64,000 nucleotides of DNA from Mantamonas sphyraenae STR306 (GCA_026936335.1 JAPMXV010000069.1:62001-126000), one strand, 5' to 3'; numbered from the stretch's first letter, positions 1 through 12,599 are shown. The notes: generated by a model not told the origin, from the letters alone. Translations and numbers: made by a program.

Positions 1-829
1 ATTGGAAGAAACATCAAAAATGGAAAGGGACGGATGATGGGACATGGGAAAATGGATGGAGAAGGTTCGTGGCATGAGGGGAAGGAGAACGCAAGGGCAA
101 TGGGGGGGGGGAAACGTGTGGGAAGGGAAGGGAACCATCACTGGACGGGGGATGGATGGGTGACATGCCCAACGCGGCGAGCACCTAAGGCAGGATATGT
201 TTGCTGACACGGATGGAGGATAGAGCGATGGGGACGGGAGGGGAGGAAAACGTAGACGGGGGGTGGCATTGGGGGAAATGGACTTTTTGGGGTGCCGTCC
301 ATCGGAACGGGGCTGTTGGGACGGCAAATCCATGCGGGAAGGGCGGGTCCGGTGAACAGCGGATGCTGAAACGCATGATGCACAGGTGCAACCAATTGAA
401 GTGAGGTGTAGGGGAGAGAAAAGTATGGACAACGGAAGGGAAGGCAATCTGGTGTGGACAAGCCTACTGGACGACGGGAATGGGATCGATGGCCAAGGAT
501 TGAACGACATGGACAATGGGGGTAAGTGGAAACCAAGTGGGAAGGGCAAAGGAGGAGGGAGAGGGAGTTGTATGGACTGGTGGGCTGGGACGAGAGCCAG
601 TGGAAGAGTGGGCAGTGACGGGTGGAGGTAATCATCGGCAAGGGGGAAATGGGTGCAGAGCGGGAAAATTGCGGCAATTTGCCACCGATTTCGAGCATTG
701 GGCAAGAATTGAGCGGAGATGGAAGGGGATTGACGCAAATTGAGATTGTGGAGCTAATGGGCGAGTGGGTGAGACAGGAGGGAACAGGAGCGAGGCAGTG
801 GCAGGTGGGGCAGTTGTGCCCGGGGAGAA

Positions 830-2656
830 TTGGAGCCCGGACGGATGGTGGATGAGTGCTGCGGATGCAAGGAATGGGGGATGGAAGGATTGTTTTGGAA
901 GGGGACAAATTCACTGACATGGAGTGGGCGCGACGCAGACGAGAGGTGGGACACGGAGGAGGTGGTGGAAAGGGAGGAAAGGAGCCCAGGCAGAGGAGGA
1001 GTGTTGTACGGCGTGCAATCGATCGATGCGTTGGGTACATCGGGCTCCATGCCGGATTGGGCACGGGAATTGGATGAGGAAATGGGGGGGGGACAGCAGG
1101 TGAGCGAAGGGCAACTGGATGGGATGGTGGGTGGAACGAACCATGGAATTGGGTTGTTGGGAGAAGGTGAGGAGGGGCAAATTGAGGAAAGGTTGGCGCG
1201 TGAGTTTGGCAATGTGGAATGGGAGGGCAATGGGACAGGAGAAAGACTGGGCAGCTACGGACACACACATGGACGCAAGAGAAAAATGGAGGAGGAAAAA
1301 GACGGGTGGAACGAAGAGTCAAAGTGGGAAGAGGGGCAAGGGATGGGAGACACAGAAAGGGCGGGCAATATTATGGACGCAGGGCTGGATGGAAGATGGA
1401 AACGGCGACGGCATGGGGGTCAGGAAACGCAGGATGGATCAGCGGCACACCGGGAGAGGAGAAAGGGCAAGGGAAGGAAAGGACGAGGGAAGAAAAGGCG
1501 GGAGGAGGAGGCACAAAGCAGCGGGACGCCACTTTCTGGGATGATGCTTCCGCAGAGCGTGGTGCAGATTAATGCGGTGTGCTGGAACCTGTTGAAGGAG
1601 TTGAAAATGGCAATGGAATCGCGGCCTGCGGGATCAAACGCGGAGGTGGACGAGATGGCGCAGGAGGACAATGAGGAGGCGGAAGAGGACGGAGAAACGG
1701 GGCAGGAAACGGAGGAGGCCGAGGATGAGCGAAAAAAGAGTGAATCGGGGGAGATGGAAGGAAGGATCAACGCACCTGAGTGGGCACGTGAACAGTGGGC
1801 ACAACGACTGGTTGAGCAGGATGTGGCAAGCATGATGTTTGAAGAGGCGTCTCTGGTTTCGACGTACGGGACAACGGACAGTGGGCGGGGAGGGAGGCTG
1901 GATGTGATCAATGGGGAAGTGCGCCCATTCACAGAACTGCTTTTGGCGAGCGAGACGCCGACAGAGGAAGCAACGGCGCTGGCATCGATGTTTGCGGATG
2001 TGCGTGTGCTGGGCAAGGTGGTGGAAGACGGGTTGGCACAGGTGAGTGGAGCGTTGCAGTGTGCATTTTGCGAGAATGATGCATGACATCGGCCCATCGG
2101 CAAATTGGATTTTGGGCATTTTTGTTTGAACGCAAACAGAGAGCTGTGTGGGGTTGGACAGAACACTGACGCGGAACGGGGAGGAAACGCAAACGCGTGG
2201 GGCGTGATTGGGTTGCATGCACTCGGGCGATATGTGTGTGCTGCATGCATGGGCGATGTATGGACGGCTGTGGGATCCGGGCATGTGGGCATTCTCGATC
2301 ATCGGATTCATGCGTCCCAACAAAACCCACTGCGGCGTGTGTGCGTGTGCTTTCGCTTTACAAAAAACCGCACACACCCCTCACAGGCGTCGGAACTGCG
2401 TCAGCTGCTCACCCATATGTGTCACATGGCCAGCGTGGAGCTGGAGATGGCAAAACGGCAGGCTGGAATGAGAAATGGGAAGCACGAAATGGAGGAGCCA
2501 AGGGGCAGGAGGAGGGAGAGGAAGAGTGGCCGCGGACACACACAGGCAACGCGGAGGACCTCAGCATCGACAAGCTCGTCGTCTTTGTCCATGTCAACCG
2601 TATCGTCGTCGTCAACGATGAGGACACGGCGGTATGCGGAGGAGGAGGAGGATTGA
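830..2656 (+). CDS. 3' part of an unknown acidic/Gly-rich protein (5' part upstream looks degraded or frameshifted); intron 2042-2386
   Basis: Open frame 830-2041 ends CAG|gtgagt. Acceptor tcacag|GCG at 2386 continues in frame (DGLAQ/ASELRQLL...) to TGA at 2656. No family recognised. Confidence 0.5.
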
Positions 2657-2791
2657 GGCACAGACGGATGGGTGGAAAGTGTACACTATATACAGTGTGC
2701 CCGTGTTAAATGGGGTCAAATGAAGTTGTGGGGATGGAAGGGTTGGAACATCACACGTCGATGATGCCAGTTCGCCAGCGCAGCCAGAGGC

Positions 2792-3716
2792 ATGGCGGAT
2801 CGGCAGAAGCGTACAGGGACGCTGGGGGCATTCCAGTCGAGGACAGCATCGAATGCAGACGTGGCAGGAGCACACACGATGGTTCCATCGTCACGACACA
2901 TCCAAACCATTCAGGCAAAGCCAGGGTTTGGCAGTAGCACATACCGGCGGCGTGGCAATCGAGTCGGGGACAAACTCAGCGCACGCCAGCTTCACCTGCA
3001 GAAGCAGGAGGCCATGTACAAGTCCCCACGACTGAAGAACGAGATTACAGAACAGTCGACGTGGCTGAACAAGTTGCTTCGCTCTTGGGACAAGGTGGGT
3101 TGTTCGGCGTGCGCTTTGTGGAGGGGGCGAAAGCACAGGTTTCCGTTGCAGATGGTAATCCTCCTGCCGCCTTTGCCACACCTGCCGGCTGACATCCAGG
3201 CATGGGTATGTGTGTGTACACCTGGGTGGGATGCATCACAGGGCAACAACAAGCAACGAGATGGCATCTTGAGGTCGTTTGTGGCACAAAACCAGCACAA
3301 AACGGGCCCGCGGCTGGAGGACGAGTTTGGGTACGGCGCGTCGTTGTTCCTGACGCGTCTAACCACCCATCTACGGCTGACGTATCTGTTGGGCACCAAT
3401 GTGTCGCTTCAGCTGCAGGCCATCTCCATCTTTGTGACGTCGGCCAGTGGGTCGCGCTTTTTGAGCGAGTTTCTCGAGGTGGGCGGCGTGCACACGGTTT
3501 TGGACGTGTTGCAGATGAACGACAGCCGTCTGAACGAAGACGACAAGCAGGAGGCATTGAAACTATTGTTGGCTGTGTGTCAGTGTGGTCGCAAGTACAA
3601 GGAGTTTCTGTGTGAGCATGATGGTGAGTGAAGAGAGTGGTGTGCGTTCCACGCATCACACACACCCAGAGCTTCAGGGTGTTGCTGACACACCGGTGTT
3701 GACATTGGATGGTGAT

Positions 3717-3747
<31 letters not shown>

Positions 3748-6067
3748 AATAGGTGTCGCTGTGGTGTGTGCTTGCCTGGAAAACAGCTACGACGAGTTGA
3801 CGCAGGAGTATACAAGGAACCTGCTGCATGCACTGGGCACAGGCAACCCAGAGTATGTACAGAGTGTGCAGTTGGCCTTGTTGGCATTGCTGCCAAGCAA
3901 GAACATGGGCACCCAGAGGATGGCTGCTCAGTGTATGCGTCTGCTCATGCCCATGGTGGTGCCTGAGCGCAGGTACATCCGTCCCACACTCTCCATGTTC
4001 AAGAGCATCGATGTCCAGGTGCAATACGAGGCATTGGAACTCGTCAAGATGCTTGTGATTTACGACCACATGACAGATGCGGTGTTGCAGGACGTGGTCG
4101 ATCTACTCTCCCCGAGCAACGCCTTTCTGGAAACGGAAGAGTTGGGTCTGGATGGCATCTTCACCTCGGTGGACAATTCGCAGGCGATGGCCGACTTGCA
4201 GCAGGAGATGGACAAGGAGGCGGAGGAGGCAGCGTTGCAAGCGCTGGCACAAGCAAACGCGGCAGGCTCGTCCATGAAGTACCAACGACACGTGGTACCC
4301 GGTGCATTCCTGCAGCAGGCGTGTGCCGCGCGGCTGGTGGGTGTGCTTGCCTCGTTGTCGCTGCACCTTGCGGACAAGCTGGTGGAAATCAACGCGGTGG
4401 GCGCCCTCATGGGTGCCATGGCCAATGTCAACTATGTGGAGAGCCAACGCAAGGCCGGAGAGTCGCTCAAGGTGCTCATGAAGATCTTTCAGGACGTCCA
4501 CGAGGACGTGGGCGAGCTCATGGGGCGTGATTTCCTGGCCGACTTTCTCGAGGAGCCCAAAAACTTTTACCAGGACCACATCACGTCGGAACGACTGCGA
4601 CTGCTGCGTGAGGCGGAACGGGTGCTTATGGAGGAGTACAAAGAGGACATGCGGCTGAGGGAGGAGGAGGAGGCGGCAGACGCGGCAGAGTGGGCATCGC
4701 AGGCATCGGACGACAGCTACGAGGCTGCCATGCTGGCACAGGACGAGGAGGACGAGGAGGAGGAAGACGGCCAGGGTGTGGATGCGGCCTATGATGCAGA
4801 GGGCGAAGGCGATGGCAATGACAAGCGAACAGTGTCACGTGGCAGCAGCTCACGACGCAGTGCACGGTCGCGATCAAGGTCGCGTTCGCGTTCTCGTTCG
4901 CGTGCAGCCAAGCGCAAAGCCGAAGTGGAGGTGGAAGTGGAGGTGGTGGGTGTGGATGAGGAGGAGGACGAGGAGAACGAGGATGGGCATGTGCATGGGA
5001 ACGGGAATGGTGAGGCACAGAGGCAACGGAAGCGAGACAAGGTGCATCTGAGTGCAGCTGTGTTGGAGGAGAGGCATGGCAAGGGAAGGAGAGGAGGAGG
5101 TGGTGGTGGTGGAAGGAGGCGAAAGCAGGGAGAGGGGCAGACGGGGGAGAACGGGGAGGATGGGGAGGAGGAGGAGGAGGAGGAGGATGACGCCGATTCA
5201 TACTATTCGGAGTATGAAGAGACGGAGAGGCGACTGGAACACAAGCGACATGTGTTGCAGATGGGCATGTCGACCAACGAGGGCAATCTCCCGGATGCGA
5301 TGCATTCGTTGGACCACGAGTTGGACGACCTGGAGGACTCGGAGTCGGAGACAGAGGGAGAGGGTGGCACGTCGTCGTCGTCGTCCCTGTCGTCTGAGGG
5401 CCTGCGTGACGACTCGACAGGCCGGCGACGCAACAAGGGCATGCACGAAAGCAAACGGGCGATTCGCAAGTATCGATCGCGAAGCAGGCAGTTTGAGCGT
5501 GCAGGACAGTATGCCGAGGTGAATCCGGAGCGGATTGCCAAGTTTGATGCCAAGGCTCACACGAAGCGTGTGACGCAGGTGTTGCATCCGGAAGGGATCT
5601 CGGAAGACGAGTCGACTGAGGACGACAGCGATGCACCGTCGATCTACACTCCGTTTGCACTGCGCAACGATGAGATGGCAGCAGACATGGACGAGGCTGG
5701 GATGCTGGGTGGGCGTATGGGAAGCAGCAGCAGCCACGTGCACGAGTTTCACTCGCCGTTTCGTCAGCGCACGGCCAAGGTGGAGTCGTCCACACATGCA
5801 GACGAAGGGGTGCGCACGTTGTTGCGACGTACAGGGAAGACGCCTGTGGCCATGCCCCATGTGGAGGAGGTGGAACCCACGGTGAAGCTTGTGCGCGAGT
5901 CGGTGGAGTCGGCCAACACCAATCTCACCACAGAAGCATCGTCCGACGTAGCATCGGACAGCAGTGCCAGCGAGTCGGATGGGGGTGTGGGTGGAGGCAA
6001 GCGACGACGTGGTGGCAAACCGGGCCAGCTGCTCAACTCGTTGAGCACAGTGGCAGAGGAGAAGTGA
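2792..6067 (+). CDS. ARMH1: Armadillo-like helical domain protein 1 (C1orf228 family) with long acidic/RS C-terminal tail; introns 3095-3241, 3624-3752
   Basis: Motifs WDKGN..R..IL..F...N..KTGP.LE.EF..GASLFL.RLTT.LRLTY and FL.EFLEVGGV.T.L..L match ARMH1. Both GT-AG introns restore the frame. Confidence 0.85.
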
Positions 6068-6126
6068 GATTGTTGAGATTGAACAGACACATACAATACA
6101 TTATAAACACAACTCTCTAAGGTGCA

Positions 6127-6804
6127 TCACGGCGCACGGTCAAATGGGGCGGTGTCATTGTAGCACTTGTCCCAGACCTTTTCCACGGCGGCAATGGCTT
6201 CCTCCTTGGAGGGCTTGCTGTGGCCACCCAGGACAGAGAGGACGGCACGACGCTTGACACACTCTTGTTGTTGGCCCAAAAAGTTGCTAAACAGGTTGCC
6301 ACGGAAGAACTCACGCCAGGCGGAGCAGTCGCCGCTGAGGTTGGATGCGCGGATCTCGGCGCAGGCATGCTGCTCCAGATTGGACCAGTCGACGTGTGCG
6401 CGACAGTGGTCGTACGCATGGATGAGTTCGTGTGTGATGGCCTCGTTCATCACCGACTGTGTGTTGAGGTGGTTCTGGCACAGCACGACACCTCGTCGCG
6501 GCACAAAGCCAGCCACAAAGGTCATGTTGCATCGCTGGCACACAAAGTCGTCCGGCTCCATTTCACACCCGACATCCTTGAGTCCCTGCAGCATAAACTT
6601 GACAAACGGGGCTGTGGGAACGGGCGCGGGGGCAAGGTGAGCGATGAGGGCAAAGGTCGGTGCAATTTCGAGCAAAAGCACACACACACACACACACACA
6701 CGCAGTAGCGTACAATGGTTCAACGCCTGTGCTTTCATCTTTTCACACGCCTGGTACTCCTCCTCCTCCTTCTGGGCCTGTGCGTCACTGTCACGCGTGG
6801 ACAT
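6127..6804 (-). CDS. ATP23: Mitochondrial inner membrane protease ATP23 (peptidase M76); intron 6612-6713
   Basis: HELIHAYDHCRAHVDWSNLEQHACAEIRASNLSGDC and C-terminal CYNDTAPFD are M76 hallmarks. Confidence 0.95.
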   Translation of the reverse strand: MSTRDSDAQAQKEEEEYQACEKMKAQALNHCTLLRVCVCVCVLLLEIAPTFALIAHLAPAPVPTAPFVKFMLQGLKDVGCEMEPDDFVCQRCNMTFVAGFVPRRGVVLCQNHLNTQSVMNEAITHELIHAYDHCRAHVDWSNLEQHACAEIRASNLSGDCSAWREFFRGNLFSNFLGQQQECVKRRAVLSVLGGHSKPSKEEAIAAVEKVWDKCYNDTAPFDRAP

Positions 6805-6854
6805 GGGATGGGTCTGCCGTTGCTGCGCAGGCGCAGGCAGAGCGAACTGCCAGA

Positions 6855-7241
6855 ATGAGTGGGTATGGAGGCGGTGGCGGAAGGCGGCACTATGGACGCG
6901 GACGAGGACGAGGGAGGGGAGGGTGCTCTGGAAGGCCACGCAGTGGACGAGGACGCGTGGGAGGGGGAGGAGGAGGAAGACGAGGACCACCACAGGGAAA
7001 GAAGAGGAGAGGCGAAGGGGGCGGTGGATTTCGTGGTCCCACACAGGCCCAGTGGAAGCAGCAACCGTTCCTCGAGTCGTTTGTAGAGGATCCATGGGCA
7101 GTGTTGGAGGGTAGGGTCCAGGCTGTGTCCTCATCCTCATCGTCCTCGTCGTCGGCGGGGCAACAACAACACCAGCAACGAGGCACACGCGCACCCGTGT
7201 TTCGTCCGTCCTTTTTGGAGGACCCATGGGCAGGACTGTAG
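6855..7241 (+). CDS. MPLKIP: MPLKIP/TTDN1-like protein (RGG-rich N-terminus, two FxxSFxEDPW motifs)
   Basis: C-terminal FRPSFLEDPWAGL resembles the conserved TTDN1 end (FKPSMLEDPWAGL). Gly/Arg-rich disordered N-terminus. Confidence 0.7.
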   Translation: MSGYGGGGGRRHYGRGRGRGRGGCSGRPRSGRGRVGGGGGGRRGPPQGKKRRGEGGGGFRGPTQAQWKQQPFLESFVEDPWAVLEGRVQAVSSSSSSSSSAGQQQHQQRGTRAPVFRPSFLEDPWAGL

Positions 7242-7339
7242 AACAAGATACAGAAAGAGAGAGGGAGAGGGTGTGGATGGGTGTGGCAATGGACCCATTG
7301 CAATGGAAGGCAGCCACGCGCTGTGTGTTTGTGTTCATT

Positions 7340-8423
7340 TCAGCACAGGTGCACCCCATCGCCCTGGGCACGTGCCAGCAGGAGGGAGGAGAGGAAGGAG
7401 GCGTAGGTGGCATTGCCTGTGACTGCGCCCTTCTTTGCCGGGTTGTGTCGCACCGTATCGACCTGGAAGCCGTCGGGGCCCTGAACTGAGATCTCAATGT
7501 CGTGGGACTCCAGTGAGGCGTCTGCGACCAGCTTGGCCTGGACGTTGTCGAATCCCAGGTTGTGTGCGGCAATGGCAGCACAGGCCATGGTGTTGACATT
7601 GTTGGGAGCAATGGGACACAGTTCACGCACGCTTCCTTCATACACCACATGTTCCCCATCGTTGTTTGCCTCACACTCGTCCAACACCGTCTGGTAGGCC
7701 TCTCCCACCACTTTGATGCTTCCAGGGTGCTTCTTCATGCAAATGCTCAGCCCTGTCAACGTGCCCCGGTTGGCCATCTTTTGGATGTCCTGCGCTCCCC
7801 ACAGGGCTCCCGACGGCACGTACAGTCCGTATCCGTTTTCACTGCCACCGCGTGCACATTGGAAACGTGTGAGTGGTGGGCAGGTGCGTGGGTCAGGGTG
7901 GAGCGAGCGGTCGCTGGCTGGGTGGCACCAGGCACATACACGGCAGCGGCTTTGCGAAGCAGATCTTCCGTGTCTTGATCTGCAAACGCAGTGGGAGAGC
8001 CACAGAAGTAGTCGGCATGCTCGAGAAAGAGGGCGCCGTAGTCTTTGCTGATCGAAGGGTGGGCGACTTCCACGACTATGTCTGCGTTGCTGTGTGACGG
8101 GGAAGGGGGAAGGACACAGGTGAGCGGAGGGTTTCGAGCAAAGCATGACATGGTAACACCCAAGGTGTTGACGGTGCGTGCACATGGACACACACACACA
8201 CACACACACACACGTACTATTGAGCAAAGTCGGAGAGATCAGAGAGGACGAGTGCATCGTCGATGGTGTCGTCATCTTGGACGGCGGCAAGAGTGCGATT
8301 CCAGACAAAGGCAAGCTCGAGGCCAGGGTGTTTGGCAACAGCCGCAGCGAGGTACTTGCCCAGACTGCCGTAGCCAACAATGCCCACTCTGCGCGGATTT
8401 GTGGAGGGGGATGACGAAGACAT
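7340..8423 (-). CDS. ASPDH: Aspartate dehydrogenase domain-containing protein; introns 8090-8217, 7842-7939
   Basis: Rossmann RVGIVGYGSLG, plus VVEVAHP, LYVPSGALWGAQDI, APNNVNTMACAA and GAVTGNATY. Canonical introns join the three frames. Confidence 0.9.
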
Positions 8424-8619
8424 GGTGTTGTTGTGGTGGAGTTCGTGCGATCGGATGGGCAAAAGAATTGTCTCGCAGCACATATGTGAGTTGGGATTGT
8501 GTGGGGGGGAGGGGGGTTGGGAGGTGGGGACATGTGGTTGCTGACACCTGCCTGTCTGGTGGTGTGGGGAGGACAGGAGTGGCACAGGGACGACGACGGA
8601 TGGTGAACCACCAAAGGGA

Positions 8620-9489
8620 ATGGACCCTGTGCTTTTCTATGGAGGCACGTTCTTCCTGTCTGTGGTGGGGCTGATCATTGTGTGCTGTGCAGGGGCCAAG
8701 GCTCGCAATTGGTACCAGACACGGAGGTACCGACGGCTGCAGGCACAGGCGGCAGCCGGTGAGTTGAATTCGCTGGCCACCTCCATTGGGGACAAAGGTG
8801 ATGCCACACGTGTGGGTCGCATGGAAGAAGGGGCTGCTGGCGAGGGCCAGTCGCGAGGCGAGCGCATGAAGAAGAAACTCAAGTCCACACTCAAGTTGCA
8901 GCCGGCGGAAACGGGTTCCGGGGCGGGTGGCAGCGGCGGTGGGAGAAAGAAGCGTGCAGGCGAGCGCAAGTCGCTTCTGAAGGCTGGAGACGACGGGAGT
9001 AGGGGTAGGGAGGATGGAGATGAGGAAGAGGAAGAGGAGGACGGTCGCATGGGCATGGCAGGTGGCAAGGAGGTGGCAGCGGTGCAGTTGCAACTGGACG
9101 GGGGAAGCGGGTTTGGCTTCCAAGTGCCAGACAGCACCTTTACGTTTACGTCGGCCACATACGAAACACAGTGGAATGAGCTGGCCACCATTGCTGAACA
9201 AACAGTGGCTGTGGATGAAACTGGCGATCATGTGATGCTGGGGTCGGTGGAGGCAGTGGAGACGGCCTGCGAGCGACGCAACCTCTTCTGCATTGCCTCG
9301 GGTGACACACAGACCCAACGACGTTGGTTTATGTATGGACTGGAACGACGCACAGGTCTCTTGCTTCTCACAGAGTTGACCCTGGACAAGCAGGCCCACC
9401 AGCTCAAGGTGGTCGTCAAAGGCAGTGCTCCCACCATGGCCGACCCGTTTCTCGATATGTTGTTTGGGTTGATGGCTGTTTCGCGGTGA
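8620..9489 (+). CDS. Single-pass membrane protein with C-terminal beta-adaptin appendage platform-like domain
   Basis: N-terminal hydrophobic segment followed by basic residues. C-terminus YETQWNEL...RNLFCIASG...WFMYG...LLLTELTL...LKVVVK resembles the beta-adaptin ear platform (AP-4 beta type). Confidence 0.65.
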   Translation: MDPVLFYGGTFFLSVVGLIIVCCAGAKARNWYQTRRYRRLQAQAAAGELNSLATSIGDKGDATRVGRMEEGAAGEGQSRGERMKKKLKSTLKLQPAETGSGAGGSGGGRKKRAGERKSLLKAGDDGSRGREDGDEEEEEEDGRMGMAGGKEVAAVQLQLDGGSGFGFQVPDSTFTFTSATYETQWNELATIAEQTVAVDETGDHVMLGSVEAVETACERRNLFCIASGDTQTQRRWFMYGLERRTGLLLLTELTLDKQAHQLKVVVKGSAPTMADPFLDMLFGLMAVSR

Positions 9490-9598
9490 GGATGTGCAAG
9501 TGGGTGCCGCGGCGAGTGGGGTGAATTTGGGGGGGTGGGGTGGAGGAAGAATGAATCCAGTGTGACCCCTGCTCTGCATTTCTCAGCCCCTGGCAGAC

Positions 9599-10681
9599 TC
9601 ATCCGTAGAGAGAGTCGTAGTCAATAACAGTGCGTGGCTGTCCATTCTCGTCGTGTGTGCTTGAACTGTTGTTGGAGTTGGATTCCGAGGCCTGTGCGTC
9701 GCCTTGGTGGTTGTCGTTGTCGTTGCTTGTCTCCTGCACAGGGAGTTCGTAGCGACACAGGGGACAGGTGTTGTTCTTTTCCAACCACGCATCCACACAC
9801 TCTGGATGGTAGTTGTGTTTGCAGGGCAGTGTCTTTTGCTGGTCGCCCTCACGGAAGGGATCTTTGCACACGCAACACTCTTCGTTCTTGCTGGCCAGCT
9901 CCTTGTCCACCTGCACCACAGGCAATGCCTCCACAGCCTCTTTGGATGCCCCCTTGCTCTTTGCATTGGCCTGCGCCTGTTCAAACAGCTGTGCCATTTG
10001 TGCTTCGGCATCGCCTGCCTGGCCGTCGCCCGCGAGCAGGCCTCCGCCAGCAAGCAACTGCTGCAGCTGTGCCAGCAGCCCCACCTGCTGATCATGTGAG
10101 ATGTTTGTGCCTTGAAGGCCCTGTGACATGCTGTTGGGTGTGAGGTGAGGTGAGCGATCCCTGTCGTTGTGTTTTCGAGCAAACTCTCCCACGGGGAACA
10201 CTCACAGCTGTGCAATGGGTTGCTCGTGCGCTTGGATGTTCATCATGAGCGTGCTCATGGCCTGTGCCATGCCCTCCATGTTCCACGGGTTGTCGTCATC
10301 ATTGTGGCCGCCTGTGCTCGTGCTACTTGTCGTGCTGTTGTTGCTGGATTCCGCTTCCGGCTGCGACTGCGTTGTCGTCGTCGCAGAGTTGGCCTTGTCA
10401 TCGTCTGCTTCCTCCTCGTCACCTCCCGTTTGGCCCTTGCGCAACCTGCGCGCTTTGTTTTTGCGCATGCGCCTGCGTCGCTCCAGAGGGGACACCTCGG
10501 AGACGACGACTTCCTCCACCATTCGGCTGCTACACTTGGCACAGCTGTACTGGTCGTTGCCCAGTTCCCTGGCAATCGTCTGGCTTCCACAGTCATGGCA
10601 CATGAAGCGACGTCCCTGTGTGCCAGCCCCACTGCCCGCCGGTGTCTGTGAAACACCATGGTCTTGCCAGTACGACGCCAT
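9599..10681 (-). CDS. RNF126/RNF115-like RING-H2 E3 ubiquitin ligase; intron 10131-10205
   Basis: N-terminal zinc ribbon FMCHDC...CAKCSSRMVEE. ASKEAVEALP precedes RING-H2 CCVC...LPCKHNYHPECVDAWLEKNNTCPLCR. Confidence 0.9.
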
Positions 10682-10757
10682 GTCGTACAGGGTACTTTGA
10701 ATTGGGTCGATCTTAGCGTACTGCAACTTCATTCCTCAGCTTGACACCCTCATGAAC

Positions 10758-12567
10758 TCAATAGTTGCCTCTCAGACGCACCATGGCATTGTTGTACGCC
10801 TGGATGTCGCCTTGGGTGAGTTGGTCGCGCGACCAATTGCCCGACGAGCCACGGCGGTAGAATCGCTTCTTCTTCTTGGTGAAGATCTCGTCCAGGTTGC
10901 ATGTGGTGGCCGTGCTGTGGAAGATGCTGTCTGCGTCCATCGTCTGCGAACGCAACGCCTCCATCACATTGGCCGAGCGTGCCCACTGCGGCACCAGCTC
11001 GTCATCCTCGCTCTCTGAATCCGACGACGATTCGTACTCGCTCTCGTCGTCTCCCTCCGACTCGTACTCGCCAAACGGATCGTCTTCCTGCTGCTGTTGC
11101 TGCGATCCTTCCACCCCGTTGTTTGCCGCTGCTGCGCCAGAGGCTGAAGGGGACGACGACGACGAAACCTCCCTGCCTGCGGGCCCTTCGTCCACATCCA
11201 TCGCATCTTCCGAGGCACTGTGATGGCTGCTGGTAGGGCCGTTTGTGGGCTGGGTATGCACCCTGCTGTTGCTGGAGGAGGTTGTGGTGGTGGCCGACGT
11301 CGGCGGCCGATGCAACACCGAACGCGTGCTGCCAGACATGGATGCCGACGCAGGCGTGCCTGCTGCGGCGGCGGATGTGGACGATGCCGATGCCGCCGCC
11401 GTTCCCGCACGCTGATACTGCTCCTCCAGGTGTTTGTACATGCGCAGCTTCTCCTCGTACTCCTTGCGCTTCTGCTCCAGTGCCAGGCGGCGAGCACGCT
11501 CCTGGTCCTCTGCCGCCGTGCTCTCCTGCTGTGTGGGCGGCGTGGCCGCCGACGACGCCGACGACGAAAACGAGGACTGTGCCGTCCCGGTGGGCGGCGT
11601 GGCACCGGTACTGCCACTGCTGCTGCCACTTGTGGGTGTGCTCTTGGGGAAGGCGGGCGCCTTGCCTACGCCTGCGGATTGTTGTGACTGCTGCTGCGGC
11701 TGCTGCTGTGTGTCACTGCCCACACTGGGTCGAGAGGGAAGACTGGTGGGCACCGCCGTGTGGGCGGCTGCCTGCTGCTGGGCAGCCTGTGCTGCCAGGG
11801 CCTGCGCCTGAGCCTTTCGCCTCTCCATCTCTTGATTCATCTGTGCCAGGCGTGCACGTTTGTCCGCCTTTTCCCTGAGCTTGCGCTCCTCCTCCTGGAT
11901 GGCCGCCATGCGCTCTGCATGCCGCCTGCGCTTCTCCTCGTTGCGCTTGCGAATCTCCTCCTCCCGTGCTTTGCGCTCCGCCGCAATCCGTGCCGCACGC
12001 TCCTCCTCCTTGACGCGCATCTCCTCCATCTTCTTGCGCAACGTCTCCTCCTTGCGACGCTGCAACTCGGCTCGCTTGTCCTCGCGCATCTTGTCCACGC
12101 GGTCCTTCAGCGACGCACCGGACACGTCACCCAACCCCATCGACACCGATCCCGCACGCACGCTGCTGCTGCTCGACACACGAGACGCAGACGCAGATGC
12201 ACCCGCGGCCACAGATGATGCAGTAGCCGTGGAGGTGGCTCCACCGCCAGCAGCTCCTCCTGCGCTGCTGTTGCTGCTCGCCATTGCGTTGGCGGCTGCG
12301 GTTGCATTCGACGGAGGCAATGCGTGCCCAGAGGGCGTCGATGTGCCCGTGCTGCCCGACAGTGCCAACTGCAAGCGACGCTGCTGCTCCATGCGCTGGC
12401 GACGCTTGGCTGCCTCTGCAAGCTGCTTCTCACGCGTTTGTTTGGCAATTTCCAGCGCCATCACCTTGGGTGCTCCCTTGCGCGACGCGCTGCCCTGTTG
12501 CTGTTTGGCTGTTGCTGCCTCTTTGGCTGCTTTGGCCTCTGCTGTTTCCTGTGCCTGTTCCTTCTGA

Positions 12568-12599
<32 letters not shown>

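Noticed and set aside
138-1322. 394-aa Pro/Ser-rich minus-strand ORF
   Set aside because: By-product of the G/A-rich plus strand; no motif and no typical codon usage.
2074-2170. Possible C/D snoRNA in the long intron 2042-2386
   Set aside because: Imperfect C box (ATGATGC), no terminal stem, no recognisable guide.
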